From: Phaeosaccion multiseriatum
Taxonomy: Eukaryota; Protista; Ochrophyta, other classes
Assembly (NCBI GenBank): GCA_965112735.1
Contig: OZ218951.1
Location: 2,046,001-2,110,000 of the forward strand
Reading direction: 5' to 3'
Length of the DNA stretch: 64,000 nucleotides
The position numbers were made by a program, and so were the translations under genes. This document shows, one piece after another, positions 27,806-40,941 of this stretch. The notes below the pieces were generated by a model. The model made no database searches and was not told where the DNA came from. It worked only from the letters and a program-made list of their open reading frames with translations. How positions within the stretch are numbered: position 1 is the stretch's first letter; each line of letters opens with the position of its first letter.

Positions 27806-29737
27806 ATGTAGGAGCTCAGATCCAATCGAAAAGGGATGGTGACGTGACGGCTCACTTTGGAGCGAGCCTGAGATGGGACAGGCAAGCGAAGGGGAGAGGA
27901 GGAGCGAGGGAAGAGGGAAGAGGTCAGAGTTACAGATAGAGCGAAGGAAGCGGCAGATGCGCAAAAAAGTTACGAGGCGCACCCACACGCACCACCCCCA
28001 CACACGCACACACACGCACCCACGTCCGAACACACACGTAACCACACGTAAGGTACCTGTAGTCTCTTGAGGTGGCACATGAGCATGCTTGGCGTGTCCT
28101 TGATGAGGAGGCGCTTCACTCCGTCCCTCCGAGGGGCTGGCGGCTTCTTCTTAACCCCAGTCTTAGCTGCTGTCTTGCACTCCTCCTTCTCCCCCCCCGC
28201 CTCCTCCTCCGCCTCCTCTTCCTCTGCCTTCTCCTTCCCCTTCTGGACCTCATCTTCAGCAACTCCTTCGCTGCCCTCCTCCCCGTCCTGCTCTATACCC
28301 TGATGATGCTCATGCCACCCGTCTTCCTCATCGGCCTCGTCGGTCGTGCCCTCACTCTCTCCTCCTCCTTCTTCTTTCTCCCCTTCAGCTCTCTCAGGGC
28401 CTCCATCGGTATTCCAACCCTCCTCCTCCTCCTCCTCCTCCTCCTCCTCCTCCTCCTCCTCCTCCTGCAGTGCCTGTAGCTTCTCCCTCTCCAGCACTCT
28501 TGCGCACTCTTCACACGCGTACCCGTTTCCTGTCCTCTCCACGAGAAGCTCCTCGGCCGTGAAAGCGTCAAGGCAGCTGTACAAGTCCAGGCCCCTCGCA
28601 GAGAGCGGCCGGGAGGAGAGGGCAAGAGACGGGGACTCGGAGCGACGCGGAGGGGCCCACAGCCGTTGCCTCTTCTTTCCCCCCGCCCCCCCCCCACCGC
28701 CGCTGCTGCTGCCGCCGTTTCCACGACTCGCACTAGCCTTCCCACTGGTGCCTGCGCTGCTGCGCTTTGCCTCGGTCTGTCTGTCGGTCTCGGCGACTTG
28801 CTGCCCCTGCCTCGCCGCCCCCCTTCCTCTCTCATCCCTGTCCACCGTAAGTCCCTCCAGCGCTGCCTTTGCCCCTGCCTCTGTCTCTGTATCTGCCTCT
28901 GCCTGCTGCGGTGCTTGTTGTTGTGCCATCTCTTCTTCCTCTCCCTCCTTCCCGCTGCTCTCTTCCTCCTCTGCAGCGACCCCCCGTCCCTCCCTTTCCT
29001 CTTCCTCTTCCTCCTGCTCCTCCTCCTCCTCCTCCTCCTGCTCATCATCCACCACCACCGCCTCCCCCTCCTCCTCCTCCCCCTCTCTATCCTGATCCAT
29101 CCCCTCTTCAACAACAGTAATGCCCCCCTGTGTGACCAATTGCTCTCCCTCGGCACCCTGAGGCCCCTCCTGTCTACCTTCTCCCAACTCCTTCAATTCC
29201 GCTTCTTCTTCTCCTTCTTCTTTCTCCACTTCCGCAACCAATCGTAGCCTCCGCAGCTCCTTCTCCTTCTTCCTGTCCATCTTCTGCTTCTTCTTCTCCT
29301 TCTTTTCCAACTTCCTCTCCACCTTCTCCCGCTTCCTTCGCCTCTCCTCTGCCTCCAACGCCGCCTGGACAGCAGGCGAAGCAGCGCTGTTGCCGGTGGG
29401 GATTTCCAGGCTTAGACCTACAAAGTCCTCCACCCTGCAGGAGGAGTGATGGCAGGTGCTACAGGTCACCATTGAGCACAAGGTGCCTCCGAATACCTCC
29501 TTCACAGCTGTTGGTGGTAGGGCCGTTGGTGATACGGCCGTTGGTGAGGCGGCAGTTGGCGACACAGGTGTCACATCCTTATTCACAGGCTTCACAGCCT
29601 CGACAGCCGTGGTTGGTGATACAGCAACTGGTGGTACGGCAGCTACAGGAGCTGCGTGTGCGACTTGCACAGGGGGCGAAGGAGGGGTGGGGGGAGAGGG
29701 AGCGCGCGGAGACACAACAGCCGCGGCTGCATTCCCG

Positions 29738-29772
<35 letters not shown>

Positions 29773-31911
29773 ATCAGCAGGCGGTGAATGCGGCCGAGGT
29801 GGTAGCAGCGCCCCCCCTGCTGCAAGGGCAAGGCCTCCTCCAAGGCCTCCTACAGCAGCAAGGGGCACAGGGGGGGGCGTTGTCGCTGCCCTCGCCAGGG
29901 GTGCTCCATCTGCTGAAACGGAAAGGACCGTCGGAGCCTCGTCCAGCGGTTCTCCATCATCCCCTCCTTCCTGCTCTCCTCCGTCCGGGCCGACGTCTCG
30001 TGTGCTCTGCACGGCGGAAGGGGGAGAGGCGTCCTCTGTCTCTCCCTCCTCCTCCTCTCCCTCCCTTCCATGCTCTGTCTCCTTCGGTCGTGCAGCCTCA
30101 AGCAGGGAGGCCTTCCCTTCTGCCCCGCAAGTAGCCTCCTCCTCCTCCTCCTCCTCCTCCTCCTCCTCCTCCTCCTCCTCCTCCTCCTCCTCCTCCTCCT
30201 CCTCCTCCTCCTCCTGCTTCTCCTCCAGCTGCTGACCATCATCGTCGTCGTCGTCGGCCTCGATCCCCTCTCTATCCGTCTCTCCCTCGCTCGACCCGTT
30301 GGAGGGAATCGGACTGCTGGGGCTTCTTGTACCTTCGGCAAGAGAGCAAGTTGCAGCTGTAGAGCCCTTGCCACAGCCTCTTCCTCCCTCATCGGCCTGT
30401 TCTGCTGCCCTACGAAGTGCTGTTGCAGCTGCATCCTCGACCACCCCCTCCGGTTCCCCTCCTCCATCCTTTCCCATACCCTCCGTACCTGTTGGCCTCT
30501 CGCCCTTGGCACCCTTACCCCCGTCGCCGTCCTCCTTCGATTGCTCGCCCCCCCCCTCGTCGCTCTCCAGTGCCTCCTTTTGATCCTCCTCCTCGCCGCC
30601 GCCCACCCCCTGCTCGTCCCCATGCTCCTCAACACCACCACCGGCATCCTCCTCCTCCTCCCCCTTCTCCTCCTTCTCCTCCTCCCCCTCCTCCTCCTCC
30701 TCCTCCTCCTCCTCCTCCTCCTCCTCCTCCTCCTCCTCCTTCTTCTTCTCCTCCTTCTTCTTCTCCTCCTCCTCCTCCTCCTCCTCCTCCTCCTCCTCCT
30801 CCTCCTCCTCCTCCTCCCTCTCCTTCACCACGGCCTTCCACGCAGCCTCCTCCTCCTCATCCAACGTGCAGCACAAGCACATGAAGAGCTCATGGGCGTC
30901 CTGCTGATGGTGGCCCTTGAACTGCGGCCAGCACCGCTGCACAACCCGAAGCAAGCTCGACGGATTGCACACCGCCGCACCACCTGCCCCTCCTCCTCCT
31001 CCTCCTCCTCCTCCTCCTCCTCCTCCTCCTCCTCATCCAACTCCCTTGGTCTTCCTGCCTTTCTTCTTGAAGGACTCTTGGAAGTGAAGCTCGTCCCTCC
31101 CACCACGACCACCCTTGCCCTTCTTCCCACCCCCCCCACCGCCTCCGCCGCCTCCTATGATGGTGGCGTTGGTGCTACTCGTGGGCCGCATGCTGCGCAG
31201 GCACTGGTGCAGAGCCCGATTGAGGCCACCGCAACCCCCAGCCCCGCCCCCTGAGGAGTAGTCTTGGCCTTTGTAGGCCGGGTCGTTTAGAAGCGCTTCC
31301 TCGTGCTGTTGGAGGGCAACATGGAGTAGCCGTGTCTTGTACAGGCATTGGAGCGTGCTACCGAGGAGAGCAGAGGGAGAGGAGGGGGGAATACATGGCG
31401 CATTGAGGAAAAGGGAGTTGCGGGTGTTATTTAGTAAGGGGGTGGGGAGAAAGTTGGGGCGTACCACAGTTACTTAGGTGATTCCTGTAAGTCAATAAAG
31501 CCCTTCCTCCTCAGGCGTGAGACGCAGCCACAGTGAGCTCCTGATCCTGCCGACCAACCTGTTGAAGAAGCACGTGTTACCGAGGTTAAGCAGTCCGCAC
31601 GACGGGTGTTGGGTCCACTGGCCTGACCAATCGTAAGTCTCCTCGCCCTCCTCTTCCACGACATCGCCATGCTCGGGGGAGGCGAGATGGCTGCTCCTGC
31701 CCTTGCTTTTGCTGGCCACCAGTGCTGAGGCGGTAAGGTGACGGCTGCTCGAGACGGAGTAGGCGCCCCACTTCCGCACCTTCCCCTTGCGGTGAGCCTC
31801 GGCCGCATCTGTGCCTGCTTCTTCCCCCCTCTTCGATTTGTTTCCCTTACTCCGCTGCTCCTCCTTCTGCCGGGCTTTCTTGCGAGCCTTCTTTACTTTA
31901 CCTTTTGTCAT
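26472..31911 (-). CDS. Ubiquitin-specific protease (peptidase C19, USP16/45-like)
   Basis: Cys box [12 protein letters not shown]|[45 protein letters not shown]...[22 protein letters not shown], His box GGHYFAY, WVYHSDS, AQAYM|VFYER (last exon 26747-26472). Confidence 0.93.
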
Positions 31912-32072
31912 CCTTTCTCACACCTCGCCCCCTCTCTCTCTTCCTCTACAAGAGAGAGAGAGAGTGACAGAGAGAGACTAAAGTGCTAGTACTCTACATT
32001 CAGTCGTCGCCTTTTTCACAGATAGCAGGGAAGCCGGGAAGCTTGGAAGCCTGGCTGCTCGGGCTTGTTATC

Positions 32073-34650
32073 ATGGCAGGCCTCTCTGCCTTCCTCGAGG
32101 TGTCGGAAGAGCTGAGGGAAGCCTTTGCTTCAGCGCAGAAGGTGGAAGAGGGGAAGGAGACGGGAGCAGTTCGCTACCTACGAGTTGAGGTGGGGGAAGG
32201 AGACTCGCTGCAGCTCACGGACACGGGGCTGGCTCAGGGAACTCTTCAGGTGAGGGGCATTGAAACTACGGGTGAGGGAGAGAGGCAGTCATTGTACAGA
32301 GAAAGAGAGCCTTGGGGCTCAAGCTGTTCCAAGTCCCCATCAGAACGTTGAAAGTTTAGCGAGCAACGAATCGGGGTGCCTCCCTATAGTGCCTCCGTGC
32401 AGTAGGCCTACCAGCACTCCCACATTGCTGGCACTCCCACACTGCTGGTGAGTTTGCTCTTCCTTTCGCCCCTCCCTCCTTTCCACCCCTTTCCTTTTAT
32501 ACCCTCATTTGGTTCTATCCTTGCCCTTGACTCACCATACTACTCCGGCTCACAGGAAGACTTCGACAGCCTGGCTGCTAGGGTGGCGATGGGTCAGCCT
32601 TGCACCTACCTCTTTCGACTGGCGGAGGAGGCCCACCACAAGTGGCTGCTCCTGGCCTGGGTGCCGGACGACAGCCCGGTGCGCATGAAGATGCTGGCCT
32701 CCTCCTCGCGGCAGGACCTTCGCTCGGCTCTGGGAGTGGGCTACTTTGCCGGAGAGTACTACGCCAACGTCCCAGAGGTGCGTTGCGTTTGCGCTTGGGT
32801 CCCAAACTGTGACGTCGGTCCCGTACGTACCCCACTTCACCCACTTCACCTCACCTCACTTCACCTCACCTCCTCTCACACGCGACGGCACACCCTTGCG
32901 TCCCTCCTACCTCCCTGGCCTTCTGAACCCCCCCCCCCTTCTGCTTCTCAGGACATGAGCTACTCTGCCTACCAGGCCTCGAAGGCCTCTGTGGACACCG
33001 ACGTTCTCCTCAGCGCGTCGGAGGTCGCCAAGAAAGAGATCGATCGCCTGGAGAGAGAGGTAAGAAGGAGGGCGGAACACGAGGGACATGAGAGAGGGAG
33101 AGCGAGAGAGAGGGGTTAGGGGAGGAGGGAGAGAGGGTGAAGGATATGGACGAGGGGGGGCAGGGGGGAAGATGAAGCTGCTCTCAGCCCCCCTCCACAC
33201 TTTCCCCACCCACCACCCCCTGTTAACCCCCCCACCCACCCACCATCCACCCATCCACCCACCCTACCTACCCATTCATTCGCTTATAATACCCACCTCC
33301 CTAGGGGGGTGCTGCCCAGGGCATGTCTGCAGCAGCAATGGGTGTCATGCCCTTCCCTGTCAGCGCCGAGCTGCAGGAGGCCCTGGAGCGGTTCAAGGAG
33401 ATGGCAGGGGATGGGGAGGGCGCTGCAGCGGCACTGTCCATGCAGATGGCAGCAGATGGAGGAGAGACCTTCGACCTGCTGCAGCACCAGTCCGGAGAGG
33501 CAGGGACAGGGGAGGGGGGGGCTCCAGGGGGGCAGGGGTGGGCGGCGGCGGTGTGCCCCGGGGGGCAGGAGGCGCCACTCTTCGCCCTTGTGAGAGGAGG
33601 AGGCAAGGAGAGGTGAGGAGGGGACTGTGAGGAGGAGGAAGGGGGGGAGAGGTTGCCTGTAGGCCTGTATGCCTGTTTGCCTGTATGCCTGTGTATGACC
33701 CATGTTGACCCCTTGTCTCCCTCCCTTCCTTCCCTTATCGCCTTCGATTCTTGCTCTTCCGCTCTCCGCCAACACACACACACACACATGCCACCTGATC
33801 ACACCCCACTCATCGTCTGGCCTCGCTTCTTCACGGACCACGCGCCCGTCTCGACTCCTCACCTACCATCCACCATCGACTATCGACCCACAATATCGAC
33901 CTTCGATATCGACTTATCCGATATCATTCATCGATGTCGACCTTCCTCCAGTCGAACCGTCTTCATCTTCCTGTGTCCGGAGGGCGCCCCCGTCCGCGCA
34001 AAGATGAGTTACTCCAGCGCCAAGGCCAGCGTGTTGGGCACCATACGAGAAGTCGGCATCGATGTCGACTCGACATTGGAGATTAGGGAAGTCGACGAGG
34101 TGAGACAAAGAAGGACAAGCTCTCGAGGGGCCATTGTGAAGTCTCTCGTCTATCTGTCTCTCTGTCTCCGTCTCTTGCTCACTTGCTCTCTGGACTATCT
34201 GTCTCTTTCTTCCCTCTCTTCCTCTCTCTCTCTCTTGCTCTTGTCTGGCTTTCTGTCCTCTGTCCTCTTACCTCTCTCTCTCTCATACACACACACACAC
34301 ATATACTATCCCCATCTTCCTCGAACACACACACGATGCCTTTCTCTCCCTCTCTCCCTTGGCCTGTAGCCTCCTCCGCGGACTCACCCCACCCCCTGCC
34401 TGCCCTGCCCCACTCCACCCCCCCTTCCTCGGACCAGCTGAGCGAGGCTGTGGAGCAATCCCTCGACCCCAAGCTCTCTGCAGGCCCTTCTTCTTCTGGT
34501 GCGGGTGGTGGTGGTGGCAGCAGCGGTGGCCCCTCCTCGGACGGCAGGCTGCTCTCAGCAGCACAGGAGTCGTCATCGACAGCGTCCAAGCCTCGGAGGG
34601 CGGCGAGGGGCAGGGCGAGGCTTACTAAGAAACCCGCCACGGTCAGCTAA
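32073..34650 (+). CDS. Twinfilin (two ADF-H domains)
   Basis: N-terminal VSEELREAF, then PCTYLFRL...WLLLAWVPDDSPVRMKMLASSSR (first ADF-H) and VFIFLCPEGAPVRAKMSYSSAK (second ADF-H), and a basic C-terminal tail KPRRAARGRARL. Multi-exon GT-AG. Confidence 0.88.
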
Positions 34651-36708
34651 TGAGCGGCCCGAAGGGGGGAGCACTTGGCTGGCGCCAACCACACGGTGGG
34701 CGAGATCCAATCAATCAACCAAGCCAACCTACCTACCTGCCTGCCTACCTACCCACCGACATACCTACCTACCTACCTACCTACCTACCTACCTACCTGC
34801 CTACCTACCTACCTACCTACCTACCTACCTACCTACCTACCTACCTACCTACCTACCTACCTACTTACCTTCCTGCCTACCATGGTACTACTTTTGACGA
34901 AGAAGGTTTGGAGCCTTTCTCGCAGAGGAACAGGGGAAAGAGTGTGTGTGGGCAGGGGCGGGGGGAGGGGCGGGGGGAATAGACCTTGGCTTGGAGGGGG
35001 CGGGCAGACAGAAATTGCGCCGCCCTTCGAAACAGGGGGAGAAGCGCGCGACGCTGATCAGACATCACAAGCAGAAGGCAGAGGGGAAGAGGAGAGGGTG
35101 AACCCTTTTTGGGGGCAGAGGGGAAGAGGAGAGGGTGAACCCTTTTTGGGAGCTCTTTCGGAGACTTTCTTTGATTAAAATTAGAATAATCTAAGGGGGG
35201 AAAGTGCGGCGGTTTGGGGGAGAGGGATGGCGATGGCAGCCACGACGGACGCGGCGAGCGAGAATTAAGATTCGTTTGATTTTAAAATCCAACAACAAAA
35301 TAAACTACTGTACATAAGCTGTGTGTTTTGCGGAGGTGTGATAGCTGCGCTGAGAAGACTGCAGCCACGCACAAGTGAGAAAGAAAGAGAGAGCGAGAGA
35401 GTCCTGCGGAACAACGCGAAGGCCCATCCTCAAGGCAAGACCCTCCTCGATGGCCCTCTCGCCGTCATTGCTTTGCGCCTTTCTCTCGTACGCTGAGCCT
35501 GAGCCTCTGTCAATCTCAGTCCGCCCGCCTGTCGCGCTTGTCCCTCTTGATGCTCCTCTTGCTGGCTGCTGGCGTACCTCTTTCGCGGTGCGGGGGAGTA
35601 CGGACAACCTCCCTCACGAGCGATGGCAGTGGATGTGCAGTCTGCGTCACTTCTCGGCCTTCCTTCCCTCCCTTTCCGTCGTTCCTTGGAGACGAGCTAC
35701 ATGAGCCAAGCCACCGGATGGTAGTGGATGTAAGGGGCCTCTCCTGCGCGGACCATGACTCTTCCCGTGAAGCAAGTCAACAAAAGCATCAGCCGCCACC
35801 AGCACGAGTCTCAGGACCAGCAGCAGCAGCAGCAGCAGCTGCAGCTGAGGGAGGAGGAGGGCTCCGCACGAGCGATGGCAGCAAATGCCACCACAGGAGG
35901 AGAAACGTGCGTGTGTGTGTGCCCCGCTTACGTCGGTCGGCCACTCTTGTCGGTGAGGAGGCCCGGCCCCAAGCGCTGCGGCTGCTTGCAATCTACCATC
36001 CATTCGACCGCCGGCCTGATGGCTCGGCCCGCGAGTGAAGCGCAGAGGTGGGGCGGCGGTAGGCGTCTATTGCGAAGCGAAGTGACCTCCGTTCTGGTCC
36101 TCTTCTTTCTGCTGGTCCTCCTGCTGATCCTCTTCGTGGCTGGTCCTCCTGGTCCTCAACCTCTTCCTCCTTCTTGGCCCCTTCTCTTCTTCCTTCCCCT
36201 TGAATTTGGGCCTTCTTCTGCTTGATTCTTTCTCCTTCTCCTTCTCCTGACTCTCTCCCTTTCCCTCCTGCCCCTCCCCCTTGCTTCCCTGCTGCTGCTT
36301 CTGCTGCTATAGGAGCGATGGCCCATGCGAGGCGCCCCCCTCTGGAACTCTGGGCATGAGACCAGCGCCGACTCGCTCAGCGCAGCCACGGCAGCAGCAG
36401 CAGTTGATCATACAGCGGCAGCAGCCTCGATGGAGCGTAGGAGCTGTCCACTTGCTTGTTTCCGAGGTTTTGAAGCTCATTGGCCATTCCATATGCCATG
36501 CCTCGCTCTGCCTCTGTCTGTTACTCGCCGCCTCTGCCAACCACAAGAGCAGACATATCCAACGCAACGACGGCCCAGACGGGCTGGACTGGGAGGAGAG
36601 AGAAGAGGAGGGCCGTGAAGAAACTCGAGCGAAGTAGCTGTAGGAACCCGCAGGCCTGCTCTCCGTGACATCACACCCAGCAGCAGTTGGTGATTTAGCA
36701 ACAGGGGC

Positions 36709-37257
36709 TTAGTAGTCACCGTCCTCCTCATCCTCCTCGTCCTCCCCTTCCTCCTCCTCTCCGTCTTCCTCCTCCCCTTCTCCTCCTCCCACCGCTGCCC
36801 CCGGGGGTCCGACCGTCCTCGCTCCGAAGGCTGAAGGCTGCCCCTTCCCGGGGAATGCGGCTGCTGCCCCCCCTGGAGGCATGGCCGCCATACCGGGCAT
36901 TCCTCCGGGCATTCCTCCGGGCATTCCTCCGGGCATTCCTCCGGGCATTCCTCCGGGCATTCCTCCGGGCATTCCGCCAGGCATTCCGCCAGGCATTCCC
37001 ATGCCGCCTCCCACCCCCGGCAAGCCGGCACCCGGCATACCACCCGCCATTCCTATCCCCCCGGGCCGAGACGCTCCCTCGAGAGGGGATCCCGTCGCTG
37101 GACCGGGTGGAGAAGAGGGGGGAGGAGCTGCCTGGGGGATCCAGCCCTCCTCCTCGTCGTCGTCTTCCTCCTCGTCGTCGTCTTCGTCTCCCTCCAGCAG
37201 AGGTCCCTTAGCCTTCAACGACACCTGTGATAGTGAGAGTGAGCGTGTTTGTGGCAG

Positions 37258-37290
<33 letters not shown>

Positions 37291-38463
37291 CGAAGGCGGG
37301 TATTCGCGTCAGTGGCGTATCGTGTGGCAAGAACAGACTCTACAGTTACACCGACCGTTACATACGTAGTTCCCTCTCCCTCCCTCCCTCCCCTCACCTG
37401 GGCCCTCGCAATTCGGAAGGCGTCATTCAGTCGCGAACCCGACGTGATTGCGTCTTGTCCAAGCTCATCGTTGATCGCATCGAATGTCTGCACCGCCTCC
37501 TTCACCTCCACTCCTTGCTGCTTCATCTTTGCGATGTCATCGTAGATCACTCCGCTTTGAATGTCTTCGTACGTAGAGATGGCTTCGGAGTTGTTGACGC
37601 CGGAGCTGGTGGGGGCGACCCATCCGCCGCCCAGGCTAGCTTTGGAGGCATCTACATTGAAATATAATGATGTGGGCGTTACGTTGGAATATAATGATGT
37701 GGGCGTTGGGATTTGGATGGGCAGGTGGTGGGTGGGTCGGTGGGCGGAAGTAGTTAGAGTCAGGAGGAGGTAGGTAGGTAGGTAGGTAGGGAGGTAGAGA
37801 GGGAGGGACGGGAAAAGGGAGGGAGGGAGGGAAATCGAAAGGATCGACTTGTCCTCTGCGTGCAAGCAGTTACATAGATAGGTGGGTAGGTAGGCATATG
37901 GGCACACACATAGGCCAGCAGGTAGGCAGGTACACAGACAGGCATGTAGGCAGGTATATAGGCAAGCAGCCAGACAGGCCGGCAGACAGGCAGGCAGACA
38001 GGCAGGCAGACAGACAGACCGACAGACAGACTGAGAGACAGACAGGTAGGTAATGCCATGCCTCCTAGGCGAGTTGGTTCTACACCCGAAAGGAAAGCAA
38101 GCGCACTCACTGCTGGCGTCGGAGTCGGAGTCCTCATCGTCACTGCCCAACATGTTCTTGCTGACGTGACTGAGGCCGTCGGATTTCTTGGCTGCCGTGC
38201 GTCGCTCCTCGTCGGCGTCCTGCCACCAAAGACCAGGCAGGAGGGCGGGGGGGGGGGGTGGGGGAGGGGCGGGGACGGGTGAGGGTGAGGAGGGACCACA
38301 CGAATCACTTCCTTCTCTTCGCGCCCATTGAAATACCACTTCAATTACTTCACGCCCGTCATAGAGCCCAACGAGAGAAGCCCCCCCCGCGCTTTGTACG
38401 TCGGGTGAGGGACCTGGACGACTCTCGACGCTCCCATTCTCCTTCTCTCCTCTCGCTCCCATT

Positions 38464-38516
<53 letters not shown>

Positions 38517-38581
38517 TCTCTCTCTCTCCTCTCGCTCCCATTTCATCTCTCTCTCTCTTTCTCTCTCTCTCTTCTCTTTCC

Positions 38582-38648
<67 letters not shown>

Positions 38649-40724
38649 CCGCTCTCTCTCTTTCTCTTTCTCTCTCGCTTTCTCTCTCTTGCCCTCCCCT
38701 CTCTCCCACTCTCTCTCCTCCGCCCCCCCCCCGCTTCCCCGTCTCTCACTCACCTCCTTGATGTCTCGCGTCATTCGCTTCAATGCCGCTCGTCGACAGT
38801 ACATGACCACCTTCGGCGCGTTTGAGAGACAAAACAAAACGGACGAAACACCCCCGAAAGAGTGTGAGCGAGATAAAACCACTGAGCAACAGCAATGAAA
38901 GCATGGCACTTTATTAATAGATAGTAGTATAAGCAACAGAAATGAAGGCCTCAAAGCCAAGAAACATGTACTTGCCCCAACGGCACGTACCTTCTTCCTC
39001 TCGGCCTCGAAGGTGGACTTGAGGTTCCTCCTCTGAATCTCTTGCTGCTTGATCATGAGCTCCGACTTGGCCTCGTGCGTCTCCTTGAGAGAGGCTATGG
39101 TGTGCTGCTGCTTCTCCACCATCTGCTCCAACCGGCTCTTGCCCGCCCGCCACGCGCTGCTCACGATGCTTTGCTCCACCTGAGTAGAGAGAGAGAGAGA
39201 CAGAGTTGTGTGTGTGTGTGTGTGTGTGTGGTTTGTGTGTGTCACTCACCTACTCCCTCCCTCCTTCCCTCCCTCCCTCCCTCCCTCCCTCCCTCCCTCC
39301 CCCTCTCCCTCCCTCCCTCCCTCACTCACTCACTCACTCACTCACTCACTCACTCACTCACTCACTTACTCCCTAACTCCCTCCCTCATTCCCTCCCTCA
39401 TTCCCTCCCTCTCTCCCTCACCCTTGTCCTCCACATTTGATCTGCGGCCTCATCAAGGTCCTGTGCCTTCTTCTCAAACTCCTCTGCCTCGGAGACCCTC
39501 CCCGTCTCACGAAGTCGCTCGGCGTTTTGCCGCAGGCGAATGACCTCTCGAGTGGGCTGTGGGGAAGCGGCACCAGAAACAGGAGCAGTTGGTGATACGG
39601 CAAGCAGCAGTTGGTGATAAAACAATAGTAGCAGGAGTGGTTCTGTACACGTAAGAGGTAGAATAGGTGCCGAGCCCTGCGTGCGTGGATGGACCGACCG
39701 ACCAACATACCTTCCGGGTGTTGTAGGACGCCGTCTTGTTGTGGCGACAGAGGTACCTCTTGGGGCACTGGCAAGAGGTCACTCCGCCGTACGCTCTCTG
39801 CGCCGTCTCTTCGATGAGCGTGTCGTATTGGCCCCTATGCTTATGAAGCATATCGGCCATCTCCTGCAGAGGCGAAGCGGGGGAGGGAGAGAGGAGCGCG
39901 TAGTATGGCATGGTGTGCCGAGGTGTGGTTGGAAATTGGAGGAGAAAGAGGTGTGTAGCAAGTGCAAGAGGAGGGGGGCGTGCGTGCCCTTCTTTCATAG
40001 CAATTGAGCACCTCTAAAGGCGTTGATGATCGGATGTGGATGTTGTCCCCAGCCCCCTCTTGGGGGGGAGGACTTTGGATCAAGATCCTGCCGGGTAGCT
40101 CCCTCACCTTGGCCCACTTTTGACGGTAATTTCTCTCCTCCTGGGCCAGCTTGTTCTCTAAGTTCATCATTCTTCGGCGATGGGACATCTCCAGGCCGCC
40201 CACCTTTTGCTGCAGGATGAACTGCTCCTTTTCCTCCCTCTCTGTCTGCACCTTCGCTCGCTCCGCCTCGATCCACAGCTCCACCTCCCGGGCCTTGTCC
40301 AAGAAGCCCATCCGAGCCATCGCCAGTCGCTCCATCTGAGCGAGCGATCCCCCCAGCAAGAGCAACGATCGATTTCCCCCGTCAGAGAATTGAGTAGGCA
40401 GGAACGCACGAGCACTGACATATGAACCATCACCCCCCTTTAATTCACCATCCTCTACTGTTCACCCACCTGCAGCTCTCGGAGGTCCATGCCCGCCAGA
40501 ATCTCCGCCCGGGTCTTCCTCTTCTTCTTCTCCGCTTTGATCTGCCCCTCCTCCAGCCTGTTCTTGATCACGGTGGTGATGACATAGTTGGGCGTCACCG
40601 TCTTGAGGATCTCCTTCACAGCGTCCGACATGACATCTTTGTTTTTCCTCGCCTTGTTGGGCGTGGGGTCCTTCGACCGCAGCTCCGAGTCCGGAGGCGC
40701 GGGGGCAAAGCTGACGCCGGGCAT
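36709..40724 (-). CDS. Hypothetical coiled-coil protein with a [21 protein letters not shown] motif and a GGMP-repeat acidic tail
   Basis: About nine GT-AG-bounded coding blocks (about 40724-40470, 40356-40108, 39865-39711, 39550-39420, 39180-38990, 38820-38752, 38220-38110, 37650-37398, 37222-36709). No family recognised. Confidence 0.65.
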
Positions 40725-40941
40725 CTTCCCGCCTTGGCTGCCTTGGCTGCTGCTGCTGCCGGCGGTCTGAAGGAAACAAAAAAAAAAAGGTTACAGAAAA
40801 ACACTAAATTCGCGTTCAAATTGGGTGGCCCATCGATTCGATTTAAAATCTCGATTGCCTTTTCGCCCGTCCGATCGCTTTTCTTTCAAATACCTCAGCT
40901 CCCTCCCTCCATAGGCCTGCTGGGGCTGCATGGCCACGACA

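Noticed and set aside
35305-36700. Possible gene between twinfilin and the coiled-coil hypothetical
   Set aside because: There are coding-like patches on both strands but no consistent splice model or recognisable motif.
37255-37292. (GAGGGT)n as a telomeric repeat
   Set aside because: It is short, lies inside an intron, and is one of many simple repeats; it is not TTAGGG or TTTAGGG.
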